Source of the DNA: an uncultured Clostridia bacterium
GTDB lineage: Bacteria > Bacillota > Clostridia > Christensenellales > UBA1242
Assembly: GCA_947629505.1 (NCBI GenBank)
Contig: CANRDW010000003.1
Location: 1 to 55,412 of the forward strand
Direction of reading: 5' to 3'
DNA: 55,412 bases
Shown here: in pieces, positions 45,975 to 54,351 of the stretch
How positions within the stretch are numbered: the first letter of the stretch is position 1
Layout of the letters: every line of letters begins with the position of its first letter
The notes under the pieces: generated by a model
The model's database searches: none
What the model was told of the DNA's origin: nothing
Seen by the model: only the letters and a program-made list of their open reading frames with translations
Translations under genes and position numbers: made by a program

Positions 45975-46102
45975 ATAAATATTATAAACAATATTCGCCA
46001 AAAATCCAAAGAATTTTACATATTTTTTAGATTTTTTTCAAATATTTTTTCACATTACAAAATCTAGCGAAAAAATATTTCATTCATCTCACGCCACTCA
46101 CT

Positions 46103-46200
46103 GTCATCCTGAGCAACGCGAAGGATCTCCCGTCATGTTGAGCAACGCGAAATATCTCTTTAGATTCTTCTGAGATTCTTCGACTCCGTCTCAGAATGAC
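46103..46200. repeat. Cluster of three ~27-29-nt repeat units: two direct and one inverted
   Basis: gtcatcctgagcaacgcgaaggatctc (46103..46129) and gtcatgttgagcaacgcgaaatatctc (46132..46158) match at 23 of 27 positions. An inverted, diverged copy gagattcttcgactccgtctcagaatgac lies at 46172..46200. Confidence 0.85.
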
Positions 46201-46523
46201 AAACGTCAAAACCTGCACTTCGAAGTCTTTTCTTTTACATCCAAAATCCGAGTTTCAATTTTGCGAGCTTTCTTGGGGCACACCGAAAGTGCTTGTCACT
46301 TTTGGGGAAAAGGTAAAAACAAATCATAAGGCGATACTTTTTGCCAAAGGCAAAAATGAGCAATAGATGCAGTTTTTGCCGCAGTGTTCGGCAAGCACAA
46401 ATTGAAATCGCACTCCTGCCGCCCGCAAAATGTCCAGCGGAATTTTGCAAGGCGAAAGGGGGTCTGTGGGCGGAAACGAATTTTAGGCGTTAGGCACTTT
46501 TGTGCCGTGTCGCCGTTAAGAAA

Positions 46524-49352
46524 TTACAGTTGCCCCTGCACATATATTCCCAAAAATTTCTTCTTTATTTCTTCTTCTCCAACGGAGAGCCTGTCATTTG
46601 AAACTTTAAACTTTTTGCTTTGCAGTTCCACAAATTTCAGCCCTTGGTCAACAACACAACTGTCACTTGGTGTGACAAAAGCCACGACTTTGCAGTTTCC
46701 CGCAAAATTGATGTATTTCACGCCCTTGCGATAGCGTGCACAGATTGGAATTTGAATTGCAGCAAGGCGTTTCACATAGCCATTTGCGGTGACAATCATA
46801 TAATCATCCGCCACATTCTGCCCGGCATAGACAACGCAGTCTTTATCTTCCAAATTCACGCCTTTCACACCGCCAGAAACTCTGCCCTGAAGTGGGACTT
46901 CGTTCTTTTCGAAATTGACAACATTGCCAAATTTTGTAAACATGACAAAGGTCTTGCCCTTTTGCTCAAGTTCAACATTAATCACCTTGTCGCCGTCAGC
47001 AAGTTTCATAACTTGATAGAAACTCTTGGAAACAATCACATCTTTAAGTGAACTTCTTTTAACAATTCCGCCCTGAGTGAAGAACGCAACTTCGCCCTCA
47101 CCCTCCGCTTTCAAGACGGCAACCGGCGCTTCCATGATGTCGATTGATTTGTCGAGATTTTTGAGTGTTATGCCCTTTTCACGCCATTTGCACTCTGGCA
47201 GTTTATCTACAACAACTTTTACACAGTTGCCCCTATCCGTGAAGATAAGCAGTGTGTCGGTTGGCTTAACCGGCATAACAAATGTGTGGACATCGAAGAG
47301 AGTTGAATTGTCGCTTATGGTTTTGCTTGATTTTGAATAGTTTTTCATGTTCACTTTCTTTAAAGTTTTCCCAGCAGAGAACGCAACAAGATAATCTTTT
47401 GTGTCCTCCATTTCTTCGATTTTAGTCAATTTAATTTCTTCATTTTTGATTTCATGAGAGCGTCTTGGAGTTGAAAATTTGCGCTTAATCTCCAAAATTT
47501 CCTTTTTCACCACTTCAAGTTGAAGTTTCTTGGAATTCAAAATCTGCTCGAGCTCTTTGATTCTCTTTTTTAGTTCGGCAAGTTCTTCTTCAAGTTTGGT
47601 CACTTCCAAATTGACAAGCCTTGCAAGACGCATATCCAAAATCGCCTGTGCCTGCTTCTCTGAAAGATTGAACTTAGCGCGGAGTCGCTGTTTTGCCTCG
47701 CCAACATTTGCAGATGTTTTGATAATTTTAATAACTGCGTCAATGTTTTTGATTGCAATCAACAAGCCTTCCACAATATGTGCGCGGTCTTTTGCAACAT
47801 TAAGGTCAAATTTAGTGCGGCGGACAATGACATCGCGTTGGAAAGCGGTGTAATAAGAAATGATGTCCATAAGCCCCAAAAGTTTAGGCTTGCCACCTGC
47901 AATTGCCACCATGTTGATTGCATACGACACTTGCATATTTGTGGATTGGAACAAAAATCCCAAAATTTTCTGCGCATTTGCCTCTTTTTTCAAGCGAATA
48001 ACGGCGCGCATCCCACTTCGGTCACTTTCATCTCGAATTTCACTGATAACAGAAAGTTTGTCTTTGTTTTTCTCTTTAAGTTCGGCAATTTTTTGAAGTA
48101 AAAGCGCCTTGTTCACCTGATAAGGAAGTTCGGTTATCACCAAGTTTTGTTTGTCACCATTTTGCTCAATTCCAACCTTGGCGCGAATTGTGATTTTGCC
48201 TTTGCCGGTTTCATATGCACTTTTCAGCCCGTCACCATAGATAAGTTCGCCGCCCGTTGGAAAGTCTGGGCCTTTGATGATTTTCATCATCTCTTCAAGT
48301 TTGATGTTTGGATTGTCAATATATGCCACAACGCCGTCAATAACTTCTCCAAGATTGTGTGGAGGAATGTTTGTTGCAACTCCAACGGCAATGCCCGAAG
48401 TTCCGTTCACCAAAAGGTTTGGGAAGCGCCCCGGAAGAACATCTGGCTCTTTCAAGGTGTCGTCAAAGTTGAGCCCCCATCTTATGGTGTCTTTTTCAAG
48501 GTCACGCAAAAGTTCCATGGCAAGAGGAGTCATTCTCGCTTCAGTGTAACGCATCGCAGCAGCGCTGTCGCCGTCCACCGAGCCAAAGTTTCCGTGCCCA
48601 TCAACAAGTGGTGCTCGCAAAACAAAATCTTGTGACATTCTCACCATTGCGTCATAGACAGAGCTGTCACCGTGTGGGTGATATTTACCCATGCAGTCGC
48701 CGACAATTCTTGCCGATTTTCTGTAAGGCTTGTCCGGAGTCAGCCCAAGTTCCAACATAGAATACAAAATTCTTCTTTGAACAGGTTTCAGCCCATCTTC
48801 AACACGTGGAAGCGCTCTGTCCATAACAACATGTTTGGTGTAAGGAATCATTGAGTCATGAAGCACATCTTCAAGTGTTTTAAACAAAACGCCATTCCCA
48901 CCAGCGCTGCCGCCGTTGTTTCCCCCATTGTTGTCCGAGCCGCCGTCACTTAACTTGTTTTCTTCAACTTTTTCTTCTTCAATATCCATTTTAATCTCTT
49001 CAAATTTATCCATTTCAATCTCACTTTCAGTGTTTAAATTTTCAATTTCTTCAATTTTTTCGCGTTTTTTTACTGTTTTTTCATGATTTTTTTGTGTTTT
49101 TTGCTCTTTTTTCTCAACTTTCGGTTTTTCTTCAATTATTTTTTCAGTAAAATCTTCAACAGGTCTTTCTTCAATTTTTTCTTCTTTCTTTTCTTCTTTC
49201 GGCAAACTCCAAATATCAATTTGTCCGTCCAAAACAGGAGGTGCTTCTTCCTTTTTCTCTTCCTCCACAGGAAGCAAAAGTTCATCGTAGCACATCTGCC
49301 CCTCAATCGGCTCTATCTCATCAAATTGAAATTCGTCATCTTCGCCGTTCAT
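46524..49352 (-). CDS. parC: Type IIA topoisomerase subunit A (ParC-like; GyrA not excluded) with a ~155-aa E/K-rich N-terminal extension
   Basis: [43 protein letters not shown] and [11 protein letters not shown] could not find a GyrA box (QRRGGKG) in the first beta-pinwheel blade. The locus is not next to dnaA, dnaN or recF. Confidence 0.8.
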   Translation of the reverse strand: MNGEDDEFQFDEIEPIEGQMCYDELLLPVEEEKKEEAPPVLDGQIDIWSLPKEEKKEEKIEERPVEDFTEKIIEEKPKVEKKEQKTQKNHEKTVKKREKIEEIENLNTESEIEMDKFEEIKMDIEEEKVEENKLSDGGSDNNGGNNGGSAGGNGVLFKTLEDVLHDSMIPYTKHVVMDRALPRVEDGLKPVQRRILYSMLELGLTPDKPYRKSARIVGDCMGKYHPHGDSSVYDAMVRMSQDFVLRAPLVDGHGNFGSVDGDSAAAMRYTEARMTPLAMELLRDLEKDTIRWGLNFDDTLKEPDVLPGRFPNLLVNGTSGIAVGVATNIPPHNLGEVIDGVVAYIDNPNIKLEEMMKIIKGPDFPTGGELIYGDGLKSAYETGKGKITIRAKVGIEQNGDKQNLVITELPYQVNKALLLQKIAELKEKNKDKLSVISEIRDESDRSGMRAVIRLKKEANAQKILGFLFQSTNMQVSYAINMVAIAGGKPKLLGLMDIISYYTAFQRDVIVRRTKFDLNVAKDRAHIVEGLLIAIKNIDAVIKIIKTSANVGEAKQRLRAKFNLSEKQAQAILDMRLARLVNLEVTKLEEELAELKKRIKELEQILNSKKLQLEVVKKEILEIKRKFSTPRRSHEIKNEEIKLTKIEEMEDTKDYLVAFSAGKTLKKVNMKNYSKSSKTISDNSTLFDVHTFVMPVKPTDTLLIFTDRGNCVKVVVDKLPECKWREKGITLKNLDKSIDIMEAPVAVLKAEGEGEVAFFTQGGIVKRSSLKDVIVSKSFYQVMKLADGDKVINVELEQKGKTFVMFTKFGNVVNFEKNEVPLQGRVSGGVKGVNLEDKDCVVYAGQNVADDYMIVTANGYVKRLAAIQIPICARYRKGVKYINFAGNCKVVAFVTPSDSCVVDQGLKFVELQSKKFKVSNDRLSVGEEEIKKKFLGIYVQGQL

Positions 49353-49362
49353 ATGCCCTCAA

Positions 49363-51327
49363 TCAGTTTTCGTTTCCAATCTTGCTGTAATTTTTCATAA
49401 ATTCATCTTCACGGTCAAAATTGCAGTGAAGCCCAATATATGCCTTTCTCTCTTCAATATCGTCACCCATCCAAGTTGTTATCATTTTCTCTGCCTCGGC
49501 AGCATCCTCGATTGTCACTTGAATAAGTGTGCGATTTGCAGGGTCCATTGTGGTCTCCCAAAGTTGCTCTGGATTCATTTCGCCAAGCCCTTTATATCTT
49601 TGAATCATATAGCCCTTGCCGGCAGCCGCAACAGCACTGCTAAGTTCGGCGTCACTGTAAACATATTTTTCATAATCCTTCTTGTAAACCTTGTAAAGTG
49701 GTGGAAGTCCAATGAAGACATGCCCATCAGTGATAAGCCCTTTCATATAACGATAGAAGAATGTAAGTAGAATCGCACGAATATGCGCACCATCTTGGTC
49801 GGCATCTGAAAGGATGATAACACGATTGTATCTTAAAGTTGAAATATCAAAATCTTCGCCAAAGCCTGTGTCAAGTGCGGAGATGATTGTTCTGATTTCT
49901 TCGTTTGCAAGCACTTGGTCGATGCGCTTTTTCTCTGCATTCAGCGGTTTGCCGCGAAGTGGCAAAATCGCCTGATATTTTCTGTCACGGCCTTGTTTTG
50001 CAGAGCCACCAGCGGAATCTCCTTCCACAATGAAAAGTTCGCTGTTGAGCCTGTCACGCGAAGTTGACGCCGCAAGTTTACCAACAAGGTTAAAGTTTTC
50101 CGCATTGTTCTTTGCACGAGTAAGTTCTTTTGCTTTCTTTGCAGCAAGCCTAACTTTTGCTGCTTGTTTTGCTTTGTCAATGATAATCTCCCCATAGGTG
50201 AGATTTTTCTTGTCAGCAAGCAGTTTTCCAAGTTCGGCAATAGAAAGCGCTTCAACTTCTGTTCTCGCCTCAGGATTGCCAAGTTTGGTTTTGGTCTGCC
50301 CTTCAAACTGAACATTGTTCATCTTCACATTGATGACAGTCACAAGCCCTTCTCTGAAATCTTCACCCAAAAGGTTTTGTTCTTTGTCTTTCAAGAAGTT
50401 GTTTTCGCGCGCAAAGTCATTAAGCGCCTTTGTAAAAGCGCTTTTCAGCCCAATTTCGTGCATTCCGCCCTCAGTGGTTGGAATGTTGTTGACATATGAA
50501 AAGGTGTTTTCTGTGTAACTGTCTGTGGAGATAAAACTCACTTCTAAATCCACAATTTTGCTTTGTGCATGGAAATAAAGTGGCTCTTTAAACAGTGCAT
50601 TTTTGCCCTCAACAAGATAGGAAACAAAATCTTTAATTCCGCCTTCATAGTGAAATTCGCTTTTGTCTTTTGTGTTTTTATCTTCGACAACAATCTTAAG
50701 CCCCTTGTTTAAAAAGGCAAGTTCTCTTGCGCGGCGCACAATCGTTTCAAAACTGAATTGTTGATTGCCAAAAACTCGGTCATCTGGCAAGAACGTGACA
50801 GTCGTGCCGGTTGTGGTTGCCGTGCCAATTTCCTTTAATGGTGCAACAGGCACGCCGCTGTGAATTTTGCCGTCTTTATCTTCATATGAGTTGAACTCAA
50901 TAAAATACTTTTTGCCGCCCTTGTTGACGGTCACTTTGCACCATCTTGAAAGAGCGTTTGTCACAGAAGCACCAACGCCGTGCAGCCCGCCTGAAAATTT
51001 GTAGTTTTCGTTGTTAAACTTGCCGCCCGCGTGCAAAGTTGTGTAAACAACCTCCACCCCACTTTTCTTTAATGTTGGATGCATATCCACAGGAATGCCG
51101 CGCCCGTTATCTTCAACAGTGGCACTGCCGTCTGTGTTTAATGTGATTCTAATTGTGTCGCCAAAGCCGTTTGAAATTTCATCGATGGCGTTGTCAACAA
51201 TCTCCCAAAGAATATGGTGAAACCCGCGTGCACTTGTTGTGCCGATATACATTCCCGGGCGAAGTCGAACTGCGTCAAGGCCGTCCAAAACAACTATATC
51301 TTTTGATTCATACTTTTTTTCTGCCAT
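49363..51327 (-). CDS. parE: Type IIA topoisomerase subunit B (ParE-like; GyrB not excluded), 654 aa
   Basis: LDGLDAVRLRPGMYIGTT, HILWEIVDNAIDE, LHAGGKF, GGLHGVGASV, EGDSAGGSAKQGRDR and PLRGK. The stop codon is TGA. Confidence 0.85.
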   Translation of the reverse strand: MAEKKYESKDIVVLDGLDAVRLRPGMYIGTTSARGFHHILWEIVDNAIDEISNGFGDTIRITLNTDGSATVEDNGRGIPVDMHPTLKKSGVEVVYTTLHAGGKFNNENYKFSGGLHGVGASVTNALSRWCKVTVNKGGKKYFIEFNSYEDKDGKIHSGVPVAPLKEIGTATTTGTTVTFLPDDRVFGNQQFSFETIVRRARELAFLNKGLKIVVEDKNTKDKSEFHYEGGIKDFVSYLVEGKNALFKEPLYFHAQSKIVDLEVSFISTDSYTENTFSYVNNIPTTEGGMHEIGLKSAFTKALNDFARENNFLKDKEQNLLGEDFREGLVTVINVKMNNVQFEGQTKTKLGNPEARTEVEALSIAELGKLLADKKNLTYGEIIIDKAKQAAKVRLAAKKAKELTRAKNNAENFNLVGKLAASTSRDRLNSELFIVEGDSAGGSAKQGRDRKYQAILPLRGKPLNAEKKRIDQVLANEEIRTIISALDTGFGEDFDISTLRYNRVIILSDADQDGAHIRAILLTFFYRYMKGLITDGHVFIGLPPLYKVYKKDYEKYVYSDAELSSAVAAAGKGYMIQRYKGLGEMNPEQLWETTMDPANRTLIQVTIEDAAEAEKMITTWMGDDIEERKAYIGLHCNFDREDEFMKNYSKIGNEN

Positions 51328-51550
51328 AATAACTCCATTTTCAAACCTATTTTAGCACAAAAAGAAAATTTCAAAAAACAAAATCGCAAAATTTTTGCTT
51401 AAACACACTTAAAAATTTTTAAAACAAACATTTTTGTTCAAAAAAAGCGATTTTATTCGTGCATATTTATGCATATTATTGCATTTTTATTTATTTTTCA
51501 AATGTGTATAAACTTCACTTAAAGTTTATAAAATATATCAAGGAGTGTTC

Positions 51551-52585
51551 ATGAAAAAGATTGTTTTGTGTGGTGGCGGCACGGCTGGGCATGTCTATCC
51601 TGCTTTGGCAGTGGCGGAAAAATTAAAAGGTTATGAGATTCACTTTATTGGCAGTGACGGCATGGAAAAAGATATTTTAAAATCCTATCCAAACATAATC
51701 TATCATCAGATTCCCGCCGTCAAACTGCAAAGAAAATTGACTTTGCAAAATCTTCTCATCCCCTTTAAACTTTTTAAAGCAATCAAAATGGCAAAGGCAG
51801 AACTTAAAAAAATAAATCCAAACATAATCTTCTCAAAAGGCGGATATGTGAGTGTGCCGGTGGCGATTGCGGGCAAAAAACTAAACATTCCAATCATAAG
51901 TCATGAAAGTGACTTGTCATTTGGACTTGCAAACAAAATAATTTTAAGATACTGCATGGTCATGTGCACATCTTTTGAAAAGACAGCGGCACAAAGCAAA
52001 AAATGTGTCTACACAGGTCAGCCCATTCGCAGCAAGATTTTAAGCGGCAAAAAACTAGCGCTTGATTTTGACAACGCTCGCCCAACAATTTTGGTTTTAG
52101 GCGGAAGTTTGGGCGCAAAATTTTTGAATGATATCATCTTTAACAATCTTGACAAAATTTTAAGTCATTACAATATCTTGCACATCTCGGGCAAGAAAAA
52201 TTTTAAAAATATCACAAGAAAAAATTACAAACAAGTCGCTTATGCAAACAACATTGAGGACTTTTATAAAAGTGCGGATGTGGTGGTGTGCCGCTCGGGA
52301 AGTGGTGTGATAAACGAACTTTTATCTCTTGAAAAGCCCATGCTTTTAATCCCACTTTCAAAAAAGGCAAGCCGTGGCGACCAAATTGAAAATGCAAAAG
52401 CTTTTGAAGAAAAAGGCTATGCGATTTGTCTGTGCGAGGAGGATTACACTTTTGATAAATTTATGAAAAACATAGAAAAAATTATAAAAAATAAGGAAAA
52501 TTTCATAAAAAATATGAAAAAAACTGCAAAAAATGATGCAGTTTCAAAAATTTGCGAGATAATTGAGCAAAATGCTATTGAATAA
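51551..52585 (+). CDS. murG: UDP-N-acetylglucosamine--N-acetylmuramyl-(pentapeptide) pyrophosphoryl-undecaprenol N-acetylglucosamine transferase
   Basis: KIVLCGGGTAGHVYPALAVAEKL ... typical MurG. The ATG at 51551 is preceded by AAGGAG. Confidence 0.9.
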   Translation: MKKIVLCGGGTAGHVYPALAVAEKLKGYEIHFIGSDGMEKDILKSYPNIIYHQIPAVKLQRKLTLQNLLIPFKLFKAIKMAKAELKKINPNIIFSKGGYVSVPVAIAGKKLNIPIISHESDLSFGLANKIILRYCMVMCTSFEKTAAQSKKCVYTGQPIRSKILSGKKLALDFDNARPTILVLGGSLGAKFLNDIIFNNLDKILSHYNILHISGKKNFKNITRKNYKQVAYANNIEDFYKSADVVVCRSGSGVINELLSLEKPMLLIPLSKKASRGDQIENAKAFEEKGYAICLCEEDYTFDKFMKNIEKIIKNKENFIKNMKKTAKNDAVSKICEIIEQNAIE

Positions 52586-53720
52586 GCTTTGAAATATTTG
52601 GAATGCCAAAGCCCTCTTGATTTCTTTCAAAGCCAAGTGGTTGACAGGATTTTAACAAGAGATTTTTCACTTGATTTGGCGCAAGATTTTTGTCTTTTTC
52701 TAAAATCAGACAGCATAGTCCCGCCACCATTGGAGTTGCAACAGATGTGCCACTTAAGGTTGTGTAAAAATTTTTTGTGCCACATGAAATGATGTCCACA
52801 CTTGGCGCAACAAGATCGGGTTTCACTCCCCTAAGCGCAGGCCCACGCGAAGAGAAATCCGCAATCTCAAAATATTCTTTTTTATATGAAAATTTGTCAT
52901 AGCGATTGTCATCAATGCCACCAACAGTGATTATGTTTTTTGAAATGCCGGGAGATTTTATCGTTTGATATTCTGGCCCACTGTTTCCCGCAGCCGCCAC
53001 AACCACAACGCCGTCTTTCCAGAGCGCTTCCGCTCCAAGCATGATGGGGTCATTTTGTCCAAGCGGCTCACTGCCAAAACTCATGCACACAACCTGAATG
53101 TTTTTCTTTTTGTGATTGTCAAAAACCCACTCCATAGCGTCCAAAATTTTGTTGGCAGTCGCTTCACCATTTTCATCAAGCGCTTTAAGAGAAATAATCT
53201 TGGATTTTGGCGCAATGCCGGAATATTGAAATTTTGAAAGCGCGCCACTTCCCGAACAAACCCCGCTCACAAATGTGCCGTGACCATTGTCGTCATACAT
53301 ATTTTTGCGCGAATTTATAAAATCAACAAATTCTTCAACCCTGTTTTTTCCAAGCAAAAAATCTCCGTGCGCACATATCCCCGTGTCGATGAATGCAACT
53401 TTAACCCCATCCCCCGTGAGCGCAACTTTATCCGTCTTTAAAATTTTCTTTGAAACAAACATAAGTGTGCTTGCAACGGAAAGCGAATAGATAAAATCCA
53501 CGCTTGACGCATTTGAAAGTGAGTAAATTTGACTGTTTGACGCTTTGCAAAGAAAAGAATTTATGAATAAATATTCATTTTCAATATGTATGTCCTTTGC
53601 AATCAATTCTCTTTTAAGTCTGTCAAAATTTTTGCCATAAACAAAGCAAAATGCCTTCTTTTGTGCGCTTAAAATCTTGATTTCTCTTAAAAGTCTTTTG
53701 TCAATTTTGTTTAAGTTCAT
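52575..53720 (-). CDS. Subtilisin-like (S8) serine protease with a propeptide-like N-terminus and no obvious signal peptide
   Basis: Catalytic triad motifs VAFIDTGI (D), GHGTFVSG (H) and GTSVATPMVAGL (S). Confidence 0.85.
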   Translation of the reverse strand: MNLNKIDKRLLREIKILSAQKKAFCFVYGKNFDRLKRELIAKDIHIENEYLFINSFLCKASNSQIYSLSNASSVDFIYSLSVASTLMFVSKKILKTDKVALTGDGVKVAFIDTGICAHGDFLLGKNRVEEFVDFINSRKNMYDDNGHGTFVSGVCSGSGALSKFQYSGIAPKSKIISLKALDENGEATANKILDAMEWVFDNHKKKNIQVVCMSFGSEPLGQNDPIMLGAEALWKDGVVVVAAAGNSGPEYQTIKSPGISKNIITVGGIDDNRYDKFSYKKEYFEIADFSSRGPALRGVKPDLVAPSVDIISCGTKNFYTTLSGTSVATPMVAGLCCLILEKDKNLAPNQVKNLLLKSCQPLGFERNQEGFGIPNISKLIQ

Positions 53721-53956
53721 TTCAGTGAGTCAACTATCCTTAGCATATTCTTATAAGTTTCATCAGGAAGATATATCTTGATTTTTTCAAGCATATTTAA
53801 AAGTGCATCATAGTCAAAAGTCCCGTTTTTCTTCTGTTTTGCAATCTCCTTTTGCAGCCTTTCCATAAGTTCGTTTGACGAACAGTCTTTCAAGGCGTCA
53901 TAACTTTCCCTAATCTCTTTCTCTTTGTTTTGCTTTGACATTTCACTTAATTTCAT
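53717..53956 (-). CDS. Small helical hypothetical protein (79 aa), translationally coupled to the S8 protease gene
   Basis: AGGAGG lies 4 nt upstream of ATG 53954..53956. Its TGA stop overlaps the protease ATG (ATGA). Confidence 0.6.
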   Translation of the reverse strand: MKLSEMSKQNKEKEIRESYDALKDCSSNELMERLQKEIAKQKKNGTFDYDALLNMLEKIKIYLPDETYKNMLRIVDSLK

Positions 53957-54032
53957 GCACCCTCCTAGTTCAATATATGAAAGCAAAGGAAATTTTTACA
54001 CTAAATCAAATTTAACGACATATAAATATGTT

Positions 54033-54266
54033 ATGAACAACTATTATCCCCAGCCGCTCAATTTTAATGAAGAAAAGAAAGAAGAGCCGCGCCCTTCTAA
54101 TTTCTCTTTTGCAAATATTATGTCGCTGTTAAATCAAAATCCAAGCGAAATGCTCAGTGCAATGCTAAGCAAAAACGGACAAGGTGGCATGGCGCAAATT
54201 CTTTCGCTTTTGGGAAATAAAAAAGGTGAAGGCGAAAAGGCTGACATCACCTTTGAGGAGTTTTAA
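54033..54266 (+). CDS. Possible small hypothetical protein (77 aa from ATG 54033); start and coding status uncertain
   Basis: An open frame runs 53925..54266. There is no clear SD before any candidate ATG. The 53925 start would overlap the divergent gene. Confidence 0.3.
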   Translation: MNNYYPQPLNFNEEKKEEPRPSNFSFANIMSLLNQNPSEMLSAMLSKNGQGGMAQILSLLGNKKGEGEKADITFEEF

Positions 54267-54270
54267 GGGT

Positions 54271-54351
54271 GGGCATATTGTGGCATCCTTGATGCCTGTG
54301 CCTTACGGGCACAAAAAAAGACGAAAATTCGTCTTTTTTTACAATATGCCC
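54271..54351. terminator. 81-nt nested palindrome: an 11-bp closing helix enclosing three hairpins, the last being a bidirectional terminator
   Basis: GGGCATATTGT (54271..54281) pairs with ACAATATGCCC (54341..54351). Inside are GGCATCcttGATGCC, TGTGCCttacgGGCACA and aaaaaaAGACGaaaatTCGTCttttttt. Confidence 0.6.

Noticed and set aside
46250-46415. CRISPR-repeat-like strings (gtttcaattttgcgagc at about 46253, and gatttcaatttgtgcttgc on the opposite strand at about 46390..46408), or MITE terminal inverted repeats.
   Set aside because: There are only two copies, in inverted rather than direct orientation, sharing just a 9-nt AT-rich core (tttcaattt). There is no spacer periodicity and there are no cas genes. 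The match could be chance in AT-rich DNA.
46235-46734. ORFs 46235..46450 (minus, 71 aa) and 46384..46734 (plus, 116 aa) as real genes.
   Set aside because: The translations are Arg/Cys/Phe-rich and not protein-like. There is no SD. The plus-strand ORF runs antisense into the parC 3' end.
46524-51327. Calling the topoisomerase pair gyrB/gyrA.
   Set aside because: No GyrA box (QRRGGKG-like) was seen in the first C-terminal blade, and the locus is not in the dnaA-dnaN-recF-gyrB-gyrA context. I therefore favour ParE/ParC. This stays uncertain without phylogeny.
51328-51550. The AT-rich 220-nt gap between parE and murG as a replication origin.
   Set aside because: I found only one near-match to a DnaA box (tgtgtataa versus TGTGGATAA), no cluster of boxes, and no dnaA or dnaN nearby. 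It is most simply a pair of divergent promoters.
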